Shown: positions 10,314-20,493 of the stretch, piece by piece | Position numbering within the stretch: the stretch's first letter is position 1 | How the letters are laid out: each line of letters begins with the position of its first letter | Assembly: GCA_964410325.1 (NCBI GenBank) | Contig: CAYPFN010000005.1 | Location: forward strand, 9,087-73,086 | Direction: 5' to 3' | DNA: 64,000 nt | DNA from: an uncultured Azospirillaceae bacterium | Lineage (GTDB): Bacteria; Pseudomonadota; Alphaproteobacteria; RF32; CAG-239 | The notes under the pieces: model-generated | Database searches by the model: none | What the model saw: only the letters and a program-made list of their open reading frames with translations | What the model was told of the DNA's origin: nothing | Position numbers and translations under genes: made by a program

Positions 10314-12053
10314 ATGAATATGTCCATTAACTTAGCTGTAGCTGACACAACCATCACCCATTTAAAACCAAGAATCGCCGTTATTGGCGTTGGCGGTGGA
10401 GGTGGCAATGCCGTCAACAATATGATTGCTAAAAATCTGGAAGGGGTTGATTTCATTGTTGCCAACACTGATGCCCAAGCTCTGGCACATTCTTCAGCAA
10501 GTCGCAAAATCCAGCTCGGTTTGGAAATTACGCAGGGGTTAGGCGCCGGTGCACGTCCAGAAATTGGCAAAATGGCTGCCGAGGAAGCAAAGGAAGAAAT
10601 TGAAAAAGAACTGGAAGGTTCAAACATGGTTTTCATCACGGCTGGAATGGGCGGTGGCACAGGTTCCGGCGCTGCACCAGTGGTGGCAAAAATTGCAAAA
10701 GAAAAAGGCATTTTAACTGTCGGTGTCGTTACAAAACCTTTTGATTTTGAAGGCAAAAAAAGAATGGAAACTGCTGAAGAGGCCGTATCCAAATTTACTG
10801 AAGAAGTTGACAGTATTATCATTATCCCCAACCAGAATTTGTTCCGTATCGCCGATAAAAACACCACACTTGCCGACGCTTTTATCATGGCCGATAATGT
10901 TTTATATTCAGGAGTTCGTTCCATTACGGATCTGATGATGATGCCGGGTCTGATAAATCTCGATTTTGCCGACATCAAAAGCATCATGGAAGATAAAGGA
11001 AAAGCAATTATGGGTACTGGCGAGGCCGAAGGCGAAGATCGTGCCCGCATTGCCGCGGAACAGGCTCTTTCCAACCCCCTGCTTGATGACTGCTCAATGA
11101 AAGGCGCCAAAGGCGTTTTGATTAACATCACCGGCGGTAATGATATCACGCTGATGGAAATTGATGAAGCGGCCAACATCATCAAAGCGGAAGTTGACGA
11201 TAATGCCAACATTATTTTCGGCTCTAGCTACGACGATTCACTGGCTGGAAAAATTCGGGTTTCCATTGTTGTAACCGGAATTAACAATCAGCTCAATAGC
11301 CGACAAAAAGAAAAGCTTAGCAATACGGCCACCTATATAGACGCAAGCTATATGCCCGCCATTGAACAGGATATTCTCCAAGAACAAAATCAACAAAACA
11401 TTGACGCCAATCTGGAAAGATTTTCTGCCAATAGCCAAACAATGGAAGAAAAAACACCAGCAGATGATAATGATACTGCCGAAGAACCAGAAACTCCTCT
11501 TCCGACGGAAATGCCTGATGTTATTATGCCGGGAAATAATGAAGAAAACAGCGTCGAAACTAATTTCAATGAAGATGCCCGGGAGGATTTCTCAAAATTT
11601 GAAGATTATGACATGTTGGAAAAATCAAAGGCCATTCCGGATGCACCGCAGGCCTCTGCCCTCTTTAGCGCAATTATTAATAAAAGCGCCTCAACAGAAC
11701 ATAAGCTGAAAGACGAAAACCGTCTGGAAGATATCATGCCAGATGATAAGGATGTTTTTATGAGCCGCACCTCTATTAATACCATTGAAGAAGAACCAGT
11801 ATTATTCCCAGAACATAATACGCATTTTGCCGAAAGAACTGAAGAAAAAGAAGAAATTAGCGAATTGCCTGGTAATAAACCGAATTTTATTGATAAAATC
11901 TTGGGCATTTCCCGGGCGCGGAAAAACCGCAAAGAACAATATTCCGAACCAGCTATGCCACATTTTTCTGCCGAAGAACCGAATGATATGGTTTCTTCCA
12001 ATGATGATGAATTGGAAAACCTTGACATTCCTTCTTTTTTAAGAAGAAAATAA
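10314..12053 (+). CDS. ftsZ: cell division GTPase FtsZ with long acidic C-terminal linker
   Basis: 579 aa, GGGTGSG tubulin motif, ~250-aa E/D/N-rich linker, conserved C-terminal peptide DIPSFLRRK. Confidence 0.95.
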   Translation: MNMSINLAVADTTITHLKPRIAVIGVGGGGGNAVNNMIAKNLEGVDFIVANTDAQALAHSSASRKIQLGLEITQGLGAGARPEIGKMAAEEAKEEIEKELEGSNMVFITAGMGGGTGSGAAPVVAKIAKEKGILTVGVVTKPFDFEGKKRMETAEEAVSKFTEEVDSIIIIPNQNLFRIADKNTTLADAFIMADNVLYSGVRSITDLMMMPGLINLDFADIKSIMEDKGKAIMGTGEAEGEDRARIAAEQALSNPLLDDCSMKGAKGVLINITGGNDITLMEIDEAANIIKAEVDDNANIIFGSSYDDSLAGKIRVSIVVTGINNQLNSRQKEKLSNTATYIDASYMPAIEQDILQEQNQQNIDANLERFSANSQTMEEKTPADDNDTAEEPETPLPTEMPDVIMPGNNEENSVETNFNEDAREDFSKFEDYDMLEKSKAIPDAPQASALFSAIINKSASTEHKLKDENRLEDIMPDDKDVFMSRTSINTIEEEPVLFPEHNTHFAERTEEKEEISELPGNKPNFIDKILGISRARKNRKEQYSEPAMPHFSAEEPNDMVSSNDDELENLDIPSFLRRK

Positions 12054-12073
12054 ACTAAAATTCAAATCCTGTA

Positions 12074-12104
12074 AAACCGACCATATTTCGTATGGTCGGT
12101 TTTG
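12074..12104 (+). terminator. rho-independent terminator after ftsZ
   Basis: AAAACCGACCATA-TTTCG-TATGGTCGGTTTT. Confidence 0.7.
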
Positions 12105-12742
12105 GCTACAATTAACAACAATAGATTTCTGCCTGCCCTTTCTTATTTCAAAATCCAAAATAGACACTTTAAATACATTCTCTTCCACATTCAGCTCACC
12201 ACTATTACCAAACCTTTCTGGATAGGACATGATTGTTCTCAACTCTTATCGTTACTCTGCTGGACCGACCCATAATACCAACATTTAATATTGAAAAAAT
12301 CTGCATAAAACAGTGTACGATACTCAACCAAACAACCAATATGCTTATATGTTTGCGATAGCGGTACATTTTAACCGGATTTTTCACCACATCCGTAGAA
12401 ACCGATACGCTTTCTACTCCGACAAATCCCTACAGCGTAAAATTAAGCATCATGTCGATAGCACTCACATATCATTTCCGGTAACATCACAACCACCCAT
12501 ATAGGTATCGGCATTAAAACAAAACCAACCCCAAAACACCATACCGATACTCATAAAAAGAGAATAATCTTTCATATCTCCAAATCGCATCTTTTGCGCC
12601 GAATATTGCAGTGTAAACAATTACAATCGAAATCAAGCTGTTTAATCTCTGCGCCAGACCATCTCACAAATCTTTAGAAGCCCCGCAAAATTTTGCAGGG
12701 CTTCTAAAAAACTCTAATATTTTTTATTATCACCGTTGCCAG

Positions 12743-13510
12743 CTATAAAATTTCAACTTCATCAAACTCTGTTTCGTCCGTTGTTAAAACATCATCCGTT
12801 TCCAGAAGCATTTTTTCTTCTTCGTTTTCAGTTTTACGACGGCGACCTCTTTTTTTCTTAACTGGCGTTTTACGGCTTAAGACATCTAACACATAATTTC
12901 CTACCACTTTGTACAAATCGATCAAATGATTGTTATACATATGATCGCCAGACTCAATCATAGCAAAATCAACCGATACGCTGCGCTGCATATTTAGACG
13001 TCTGGCCAATGTCGCCACCTGTTGCGGATTAACAATTTCATCAGCGCCGCCCTGAATGATTAAACCAGAAGTCGGACACGGTGCCAGAAAAGAAAAATCT
13101 TTTTCATTTGCTGGCGGCGAAACAGCAACAAAATTATTAATATCCGGACGGCGCATTAAAAGTTGCAAGGCAATCCACGCTCCAAAAGAATAGCCAGCAA
13201 TCCAACATTGCCGCGCATCAGGATTCTGATTCTGTAGCCAATCTAGAGCAATTGTTGCATCTGAAAGTTCACCCGGACCGTCTTCAAACATGCCCTGCGA
13301 ACGCCCTACTCCTCTAAAATTAAAACGCAGTACCGAAAAGCCCAAATCTTTAAAACAGCTGAACAAACTATATACAACTTTATTATTCATTGTTCCGCCA
13401 TATTGCGGATGTGGATGCAAAATCAGGGCAACCGGAGCATCAGGGCGTTCACTTTTATGACAGCGCCCTTCCAGGCGGCCAGCATGACCGTTAAACAAAA
13501 CTTCAACCAT
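12743..13510 (-). CDS. alpha/beta-fold hydrolase (COG2945-like) with K/R-rich then acidic C-terminal tail
   Basis: 255 aa, GYSFGA nucleophile elbow, ...KKKRGRRRKTENEEE...DEVEIL tail. Confidence 0.7.
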   Translation of the reverse strand: MVEVLFNGHAGRLEGRCHKSERPDAPVALILHPHPQYGGTMNNKVVYSLFSCFKDLGFSVLRFNFRGVGRSQGMFEDGPGELSDATIALDWLQNQNPDARQCWIAGYSFGAWIALQLLMRRPDINNFVAVSPPANEKDFSFLAPCPTSGLIIQGGADEIVNPQQVATLARRLNMQRSVSVDFAMIESGDHMYNNHLIDLYKVVGNYVLDVLSRKTPVKKKRGRRRKTENEEEKMLLETDDVLTTDETEFDEVEIL

Positions 13511-13577
13511 ATATAATTCTCTTTTTTATCATTAATTTACTTTTTTTAAGTTAAATTATCATAACATTTATAATAAA

Positions 13578-14297
13578 ATGTTAATTTTTCTAAGGAATAT
13601 ACAAAAAATGAAAAGAAAAAACAAGTCTATAATTTTAGAAGATTTGGATTCTGTCATTGACCGCGATCCAGCAACCTCATCCAGAGCGCAAGCGCTGCTT
13701 TTTTCCTCGGGTTTTCATGCAATTGCCCTATATCGCCTCAACCATTGGTTATGGCAAAAAAACTGGAAGTTAACAGCGCGTTTTTTCTCTCAGGCAACTC
13801 GGTTTTTGACCGGCATTGAGATTCATCCAGGTGCAAAAATCGGCAAAGGCTTTTTCATTGACCACGGCATGGGCGTCGTGATTGGCGAAACCACACAAAT
13901 CGGCAGTAACGTGACTTTATATCATGACGTTACTTTAGGTGGCACAACGGTTTTTGATAAAAACGGAAAAAAAATAGACAAGCGCCATCCTACCATCGGC
14001 AACAATGTCATTATCGGCTCCGGCGCCCAGGTTCTGGGTCCCATCAAAATTGGCAACAATGTTAAAATCGGTTCCAATGCCGTTGTCGTTAAAAATATCG
14101 CAGCAAACCAGACGGTTGTCGGTGTTCCAGCTCATACAACGGAAAAAAATCAAAATACAGATAAAAAATTTTGCGCTTATGCCATTGGTAAAGATACCCC
14201 TGATCCGATAGATGAAGATATAAAAAAGCTGCAAATTCAAATCAAACAACTGCAGAAAGAAATAGACAAATTAAAAACGCAAAATAAAATGCAATAA
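13578..14297 (+). CDS. cysE: serine O-acetyltransferase CysE with C-terminal coiled-coil extension
   Basis: Hexapeptide core DHGMGVVIGETTQIGSNVTLYHDVTLGG. Tail ...IKKLQIQIKQLQKEIDKLKTQNK. An alternative ATG at 13608 has a weak SD. Confidence 0.8.
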   Translation: MLIFLRNIQKMKRKNKSIILEDLDSVIDRDPATSSRAQALLFSSGFHAIALYRLNHWLWQKNWKLTARFFSQATRFLTGIEIHPGAKIGKGFFIDHGMGVVIGETTQIGSNVTLYHDVTLGGTTVFDKNGKKIDKRHPTIGNNVIIGSGAQVLGPIKIGNNVKIGSNAVVVKNIAANQTVVGVPAHTTEKNQNTDKKFCAYAIGKDTPDPIDEDIKKLQIQIKQLQKEIDKLKTQNKMQ

Positions 14298-14374
14298 TAT
14301 TGTAACTATTATTTTAATATTTTTTATGTTAGAATAAAAATATCTTGAAAAGCAGTCGCGCAAAGGAGAAAGAT

Positions 14375-14992
14375 ATGATTAAATTTTCATCTGTATTACC
14401 TGCCGCCATAGCATTGTGTTTACTCACAGCAACCGCCCGTGCCCAACTGCCAGCTAATCCATGGATACCGCAACCACCTTCCCCAAATGATGGTTATTTC
14501 GGTGATGACGTAGGAAATGGAACTGGCGGAGATATCACCGATTCGCCTATTTATGCCGATGGTCCGACCGGTGGTGAAATTCTACCAGTCGATCCTTGGG
14601 CGCGTGCTCGTGACCGTAGCAGTATTCGCACTTGGCGTGGCAGCGGCCAGCACGGAAAATTAAATTATATCGGCGAAGCCACTACCTATACCACAGCCAT
14701 GGGACAGGAGATGATCGCCCCTGAAGTCAATCGACACAACATGATCGTTATGCTCGAACATTTAAGAAATATGGGGTATAACATTCCTACTTCTTATGAC
14801 CAGAAAATTAAAGATATGCCGTCCGACTACAAAGAAACTTTGCAGCAAAGCCTGCAAGATGTTACTTCCAGTGCCGGAGACGATCCTTTAAGTCTGATGT
14901 TCTCAAACGTGTATAATATTATGGAAAATTATACCGGACTTGACTTTAATAATTTATTGTTCAATACCATGGATATTTTAGGAACAGATTAA
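14375..14992 (+). CDS. secreted hypothetical protein (signal peptide MIKFSSVLPAAIALCLLTATARA)
   Basis: ATG at 14375 preceded by AAGGAG, no domain recognised. Confidence 0.55.
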   Translation: MIKFSSVLPAAIALCLLTATARAQLPANPWIPQPPSPNDGYFGDDVGNGTGGDITDSPIYADGPTGGEILPVDPWARARDRSSIRTWRGSGQHGKLNYIGEATTYTTAMGQEMIAPEVNRHNMIVMLEHLRNMGYNIPTSYDQKIKDMPSDYKETLQQSLQDVTSSAGDDPLSLMFSNVYNIMENYTGLDFNNLLFNTMDILGTD

Positions 14993-14993
14993 A

Positions 14994-15728
14994 ATGGTAT
15001 TACAACAGACGCTTTGTCCAGTAATCATTTTGGTTCATCCGCAAATGGCTGAAAATATCGGCATGGCCGCCCGTGCTATGCTGAATTGTGCTTTATATAA
15101 CCTGCGGCTGGTCAAACCGAGGGAAAATCATCTTTCAAAAAAAGCATTGGCCGCCTCTTCCGGCGCTGATAAAATTCTACAAGATGCTGAAACATACAAT
15201 TCAACGGCTGAGGCGGTAGCTGACTTGAATGTAGTTTATGCCACGACAGCCCGCCGCCGCAACCAGATAAAAACCGTCTATACGGCTGAAAAAGCTATGG
15301 AGCCACTTAACCATATGCTAAAATCTGGCAATCGCTGCGGTATTTTATTTGGCCCAGAGAGAACAGGACTTGAAAATGATGATGTATCCTTAGCCGATGC
15401 CATTATCGAAATTCCGCTGAATCCGCAGCATTGTTCTCTAAATTTATCACAAGCGGTTTTGCTTATCGGTTATGAGTGGTACAAAACCCAAGTTAGTATT
15501 CCCGCCGAACAATTTATCACCAACACAACCCATCCGGCAGCCAAAGAACACGTTTTCAGATTCCTGGAATTTTTGGAAGATTCTCTAAAAGACTTCAAAA
15601 ATCTGCAAGATGAAGATAAACGCCCAACCTTATTGCGTAATCTACATAACATTTTTACGCGCGGCCAAATGACCGAACAGGAGTTAAATACTCTTTACGG
15701 CATCATCAATCATTTTCGGCAAAAATAA
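14994..15728 (+). CDS. SPOUT (SpoU/TrmH, TrmJ-like) RNA 2'-O-methyltransferase
   Basis: 244 aa, PVIILVHPQMAENIGMAARAM..., 1-nt gap to upstream gene. Confidence 0.75.
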   Translation: MVLQQTLCPVIILVHPQMAENIGMAARAMLNCALYNLRLVKPRENHLSKKALAASSGADKILQDAETYNSTAEAVADLNVVYATTARRRNQIKTVYTAEKAMEPLNHMLKSGNRCGILFGPERTGLENDDVSLADAIIEIPLNPQHCSLNLSQAVLLIGYEWYKTQVSIPAEQFITNTTHPAAKEHVFRFLEFLEDSLKDFKNLQDEDKRPTLLRNLHNIFTRGQMTEQELNTLYGIINHFRQK

Positions 15729-15735
15729 CTAGTTT

Positions 15736-16134
15736 CTATTTTTCACAAACTGATGGATATGTCCATATTCCCGTAAGCTTGCCACATAATTCCAGCTTAA
15801 AATCATATTTACAATTACGGCTGCCTTCATCATAAGCTTTATCGTTGCGTAGACAGATCGTACGCACCATCTCATCAGTTATGCAATCTGTTTTATAACG
15901 ACAGTTGTCAATCTGTTCAATTTCTTTAGTTGTTAGTTGAATACAGCCAAAATTTTCGCCCCATTTCAAACAATCATTCCGACAGCGATTCTCATCATAA
16001 TCCCATACCATGGCATTGTTCAGGCATTGATTGATTTTATGGCTTTCCAAAGTTCTAAATACGACATAACTTGCAATCAGAACAAGCAATACCCCAAAAA
16101 CAACTTTTATTTTTTTACGCAATCCTCTAGTCAT
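15736..16134 (-). CDS. small membrane-anchored cysteine-rich protein (10 Cys), unknown
   Basis: 132 aa, N-terminal TM then Cys-rich extracytoplasmic domain. Confidence 0.45.
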   Translation of the reverse strand: MTRGLRKKIKVVFGVLLVLIASYVVFRTLESHKINQCLNNAMVWDYDENRCRNDCLKWGENFGCIQLTTKEIEQIDNCRYKTDCITDEMVRTICLRNDKAYDEGSRNCKYDFKLELCGKLTGIWTYPSVCEK

Positions 16135-16152
16135 TTTTTCTGCTCTTCTCCT

Positions 16153-18345
16153 TTATTTACAACGCACACGCTTAAGCGCTGCGACATTTCGGATAAATTC
16201 TTCCCTATATTTTATATCTTCAAGTTTGACCGGCAAGCGTCTCCGCCAATTCGGATACTTATCTATATCCGTTCCGGGCAGATTTTGTTGCTCTGCAACG
16301 CCGAAGATATCTTCAAGCTGCACCATAACTACTTTACTTGGCGCCTGAACTGCTAGATTATGCACTGCTTCCTCAATCCCTTCTGGATACCCTTCACCAT
16401 ACAAATAATTACCGCGGCGTAGCCGATCTTCCGGCCAAAAATGTCCGATATCAAGTGCTGACAACAACAAATAACGATCACGTTCTCTGGTTTTATATGC
16501 GCTTAACCGTTCTTCATCATTAAGCATATTCAAAGAATGTTTCAACTCAATATCATATCCAAACCACCACATCTTCAAAGGCGGCATATCGTGCGTGCCA
16601 ATAGAGATAAAAGCATCTTTCGGGTAGTCTTGAGGCATTTTAAAATCACCGCAACCACTATTCCAGCGTTCTGACCACAACACGCTAATAGAATAAATCT
16701 GCCGTTCTTGGATTTTATCCAAAAAGCCCTCTGGTACATTACCTATACTTTCTCCGACAATCACACATTTATGTAAATAGCTTTCCAGTGTCAAAAGATT
16801 GAGCATATCGTCAAAATTATAGTAAATATATGTACCTTCATCCTTATTATCAGGTATTACGAACAGGCGCATCATCCCCATAACGTGGTCAATCCGCAAA
16901 GCACCGGCATAAGCCATATTAGCGCGTAAAATTTTCAGATAAGGCTCATAAGCGCGATTTTTCAATTCATATGGATTAAAGGCGCCCAAACACCATTTCT
17001 GTCCTTGCGGGAAAAAAGCATCCGGCGGGGCGCCGGCACCTGCTTTATCAATAAAAACATACCGGTCCATCCATAATTCAGCACTGTCTTTACAGACACC
17101 GACCGGCAAATCGCGGTATAAACCGACTTTTAATCCAAGCTCTTGAATTTTTTCATAAACAAATTTTAACTGGCGATCGGCTTCAAATTGTAAAAATTTA
17201 AAAAAATCAATAAGTTCGCAATTTTGTTTTTTAAATTCAGCAACTCCCAAAGACTGCGGATTCTGCAGCGTTTTATCCCAAGCCTGCCACCCGCCTGTTG
17301 CTGTTTTAAACTGCTGGTGATAAATAGCCTGATATGTCGCCAGCATTTCCAAATCATATCCCTTCTCTTGTTCAAAAATTGTAAATTCCCGAAAATAATC
17401 CTTATCATTTTTCATCTTGGCAAATAATTGGCGCAGGACTTTTATCTTAAGATTATAAACTTTGGTATAATCAATCAGATCTCCCCGCCGGGCATCATCA
17501 ATTTCCTGAAACAGAAGATCATTTTTAACTGCTTGAAACCCCGGCACTTTTTCCACATCAATATAAATCGGATTTAAAAACAGACGACTGATTGAAGAAT
17601 ACGGACTGGCATTTTCAGGACAGTCATGGAATAGAACATTAAGAGGATTTAAACCGATAACATCAGCGCCGTTTTGGGCGCAAAGCGTTGCAAAATCTGC
17701 TAAATCGGTAAAGTCGCCCACACCCCAATTGCGGTCGCTCCTCAGTGAATAAAGCTGCAGGCTACAACCCCAGAGTTTTGCGCTTTCAATCTCAGGCGTC
17801 GTATAGCATTTTTCTGGCGCAATAGCTAAAATCGTCAAATACTTTTCTTCACCACACTCCAAAACCATATCATAATATCCGTACACTGGTTTATCTTGCA
17901 AATTAAACCATACTTTAACCCGCTCCCGGCTACCGGTCGTTCGGCTCTCATCACTCACATTCATCACAAACGCAACATCCTGCGCTTTGGCATTTATATC
18001 CGCAACATCTCGCGGAAATATCTGTATATTAATCGGTTTATCAAGTTGTTTTCTATCTAAAATTGCCGAAAATTTTAAATCGTTACAACGCAAAATAATG
18101 ATATTTTCAAGCGTCTTTTTCCAAGATAAAAGTTCTGCCCTTTGCAAGGATGCTGCAATATCTTCTTGCGTTTTGACATTATACCCGTATTGCGCACAGA
18201 AAAACTTAATAACATCTTCGCTGACTTCATAAGACTTCTTGCTGATGCCGCCATCTGAAAACTGTCTGGCTATGCCAAGTTTATCTGCCAACAAACATAA
18301 TTTTTCTTCCATAAGCCACCTCCATATACGCAGCAACTGCAGCAA
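16153..18345 (-). CDS. malQ: 4-alpha-glucanotransferase (amylomaltase, GH77, long MalQ type)
   Basis: 730 aa, GH77 catalytic region. Confidence 0.9.
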   Translation of the reverse strand: MLQLLRIWRWLMEEKLCLLADKLGIARQFSDGGISKKSYEVSEDVIKFFCAQYGYNVKTQEDIAASLQRAELLSWKKTLENIIILRCNDLKFSAILDRKQLDKPINIQIFPRDVADINAKAQDVAFVMNVSDESRTTGSRERVKVWFNLQDKPVYGYYDMVLECGEEKYLTILAIAPEKCYTTPEIESAKLWGCSLQLYSLRSDRNWGVGDFTDLADFATLCAQNGADVIGLNPLNVLFHDCPENASPYSSISRLFLNPIYIDVEKVPGFQAVKNDLLFQEIDDARRGDLIDYTKVYNLKIKVLRQLFAKMKNDKDYFREFTIFEQEKGYDLEMLATYQAIYHQQFKTATGGWQAWDKTLQNPQSLGVAEFKKQNCELIDFFKFLQFEADRQLKFVYEKIQELGLKVGLYRDLPVGVCKDSAELWMDRYVFIDKAGAGAPPDAFFPQGQKWCLGAFNPYELKNRAYEPYLKILRANMAYAGALRIDHVMGMMRLFVIPDNKDEGTYIYYNFDDMLNLLTLESYLHKCVIVGESIGNVPEGFLDKIQERQIYSISVLWSERWNSGCGDFKMPQDYPKDAFISIGTHDMPPLKMWWFGYDIELKHSLNMLNDEERLSAYKTRERDRYLLLSALDIGHFWPEDRLRRGNYLYGEGYPEGIEEAVHNLAVQAPSKVVMVQLEDIFGVAEQQNLPGTDIDKYPNWRRRLPVKLEDIKYREEFIRNVAALKRVRCK

Positions 18346-18347
18346 AA

Positions 18348-20423
18348 TTAAACATTAATTTCAATTACCACCACCGACCATGCCGGCACCATAATTGTTT
18401 TTCCCGGCTCCAGGGCCAAATCTTGCTCGATTTTTCCAGATGTATCCAAAACGAATTTCCATTTTTTTGTTCTTTTTAAAAGCGGAAGTTGCCAGGAAAC
18501 ATCTCGGTTTTCGGCATTAAATATTGTCATCAGCAGCCGACCTGGAACGTACGCTATATATGCCAAAGACCGGCGTCCGTCGGTATGCCAGTCGTCATCC
18601 GTAAATTCGGTTCCTCGTTCCGTATACCATGCCAAATCTTTAAACCCTCTTTTATTAAAAGATTTTCCGGTAAAAAAATACTCATTTTTAAAAACATTTA
18701 ATCGCCGGCGTAATTTAATCAAATTATGAACATAACGGGCAAAATTCCGATCAGCCATCGTAATAGCTTCCCACACAATCCAAGTAATAACATTATCCTG
18801 ACAATATGGATTGTTGTTGCCAAACTGCGTATTAACAAATTCATCACCAGCAAATATCAGTGGCGTTCCGAATGAAAGCAACAGGGTTGCCATCAAGGCT
18901 CTTGCCCGGCGTTGTCTATTTTGATTAACATTAGAATCTTCCGTCAACCCTTCAAGGCCGGAATTCCAGCTCCAGTTGGCATCGCTCCCATCACGATTGT
19001 TCTCACCATTAACTTCATTATGTTTCTGGTTATACGCAACCAAATCACTTAAACAAAAACCATCATGCGACGTAATAAAATTAACGCTACTCCACAAGTT
19101 TCGATTATTGTGACCAAAAATATCACTTGATCCGGCAATTCGGCTGGCAAATTCGCTCACTTGGCGTTCATCGCCACGCCAAAAGCGCCTAACGATATCG
19201 CGAAAACGATCATTCCATTCAGCCCATCCCGGCGGATAAGCGCCGATCTGATACCCACCAACGCCGATATCCCAAGGCTCGGCAATCATTTTAACCTGTC
19301 TTAACACTTCATCTTGGCGGGCGGCCATTAAAAAACCGCTATGATTATTAAAAACAGTGTCTACTCGGCTCAGGCTTGAGGCTAAATCCAAACGAAAACC
19401 GTCAACATGCATTTTTTCAACCCAATATCTCAAAGAGTCCATCACCAGCGTCAAAACATTCGGATTCTGCAGGTTAAACGACGCTCCGCAACCTGTGCTG
19501 TCATAATAAAAACGCTTATTATTTTTATCCAACGTATAATAACTCTCATTATCAATCCCGCGATAACAAAGTGTCGGCCCAAGCTGATTTCCTTCACCAG
19601 TATGGTTATAAACCACATCCATAATAACCTCCAGTCCATGGCTGTGCAAGGTCTTAACCATAGCCTTAAACTCATTAATATCGCCATTAACCAAATATGC
19701 CGGTTCCGGCGCAAAAAAGGCCAGCGTTTCATACCCCCAGTAATTAAGTCTGTCCTTACCGATTTTTTCTCTGAAAAAAGCCTGAGAGGGCAAAAGTTCA
19801 ACCGCCGTTATTCCTAGCCATTTCAAATAATTGACAATACTTTTGGAAGCTAATCCCGAAAATTTGCCACGGCATTTATCTTCAACCCGTGGATGTAGCA
19901 ATGTATATCCTTTAGGGTGCGTTTCATAAATAACGCTTTCGCAGAAAGAACGTCGCGGATGTTCATCGTCCTCCCAATCAAACCCCTCATCATCAACCAC
20001 TACGGCCTTGGGAACATAGGGCGCACTATCAAGTTCCGAAAAAGATAAATCTTTTTCTGGACTATCCAAATCATAACCAAAAATCGCCTTATGCCAGATT
20101 AATTTTCCCGCCAATTGTTTAGCGTAAGGATCCAGCAGCAGTTTATGATGATTAAACCTTTTGCCGCTCAAAGGCTCATAAGGCCCGTATACCCGGTAAC
20201 CATACAACTGTCCGGGCTCTAGTCCCTGAACATAAGTATGCCATATACCATGGTCGTTTTCCATAATTGCAATCCGCAACTGTTCGGTAACGCCACTCTT
20301 ATCAAACAAACACAGTTCCACTTTTTCGGCATTAGCCGAAAACAAAGCAAAATTAACCCCATTACCGTCATAAGTGGCACCCAGCGGATAAGTCTTTCCT
20401 GGGCGGATTTTAACTGACTGCAT
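18348..20423 (-). CDS. glgX: glycogen debranching enzyme GlgX (GH13)
   Basis: 691 aa, GH13 motifs (VIMDVVYNHT, GFRLDLAS, EPWD). Confidence 0.9.
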   Translation of the reverse strand: MQSVKIRPGKTYPLGATYDGNGVNFALFSANAEKVELCLFDKSGVTEQLRIAIMENDHGIWHTYVQGLEPGQLYGYRVYGPYEPLSGKRFNHHKLLLDPYAKQLAGKLIWHKAIFGYDLDSPEKDLSFSELDSAPYVPKAVVVDDEGFDWEDDEHPRRSFCESVIYETHPKGYTLLHPRVEDKCRGKFSGLASKSIVNYLKWLGITAVELLPSQAFFREKIGKDRLNYWGYETLAFFAPEPAYLVNGDINEFKAMVKTLHSHGLEVIMDVVYNHTGEGNQLGPTLCYRGIDNESYYTLDKNNKRFYYDSTGCGASFNLQNPNVLTLVMDSLRYWVEKMHVDGFRLDLASSLSRVDTVFNNHSGFLMAARQDEVLRQVKMIAEPWDIGVGGYQIGAYPPGWAEWNDRFRDIVRRFWRGDERQVSEFASRIAGSSDIFGHNNRNLWSSVNFITSHDGFCLSDLVAYNQKHNEVNGENNRDGSDANWSWNSGLEGLTEDSNVNQNRQRRARALMATLLLSFGTPLIFAGDEFVNTQFGNNNPYCQDNVITWIVWEAITMADRNFARYVHNLIKLRRRLNVFKNEYFFTGKSFNKRGFKDLAWYTERGTEFTDDDWHTDGRRSLAYIAYVPGRLLMTIFNAENRDVSWQLPLLKRTKKWKFVLDTSGKIEQDLALEPGKTIMVPAWSVVVIEINV

Positions 20424-20493
20424 TCAATCTCCTTTTATCTATAAACTTTTTAGAATAATATATGTAACACAAAAAGATTAATTTTTTTCTATT

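Noticed and set aside
10298-11212. 304-aa minus-strand ORF antisense to ftsZ
   Set aside because: Low-complexity translation (S/A/M/I-rich), fully embedded in the conserved ftsZ frame, no RBS.
12676-12712. GC hairpin AGAAGCCCCGCAAAATTTTGCAGGGCTTCT downstream of the alpha/beta hydrolase gene
   Set aside because: No U-tract follows it on either strand, so it was not annotated as an intrinsic terminator. It might still pause transcription.
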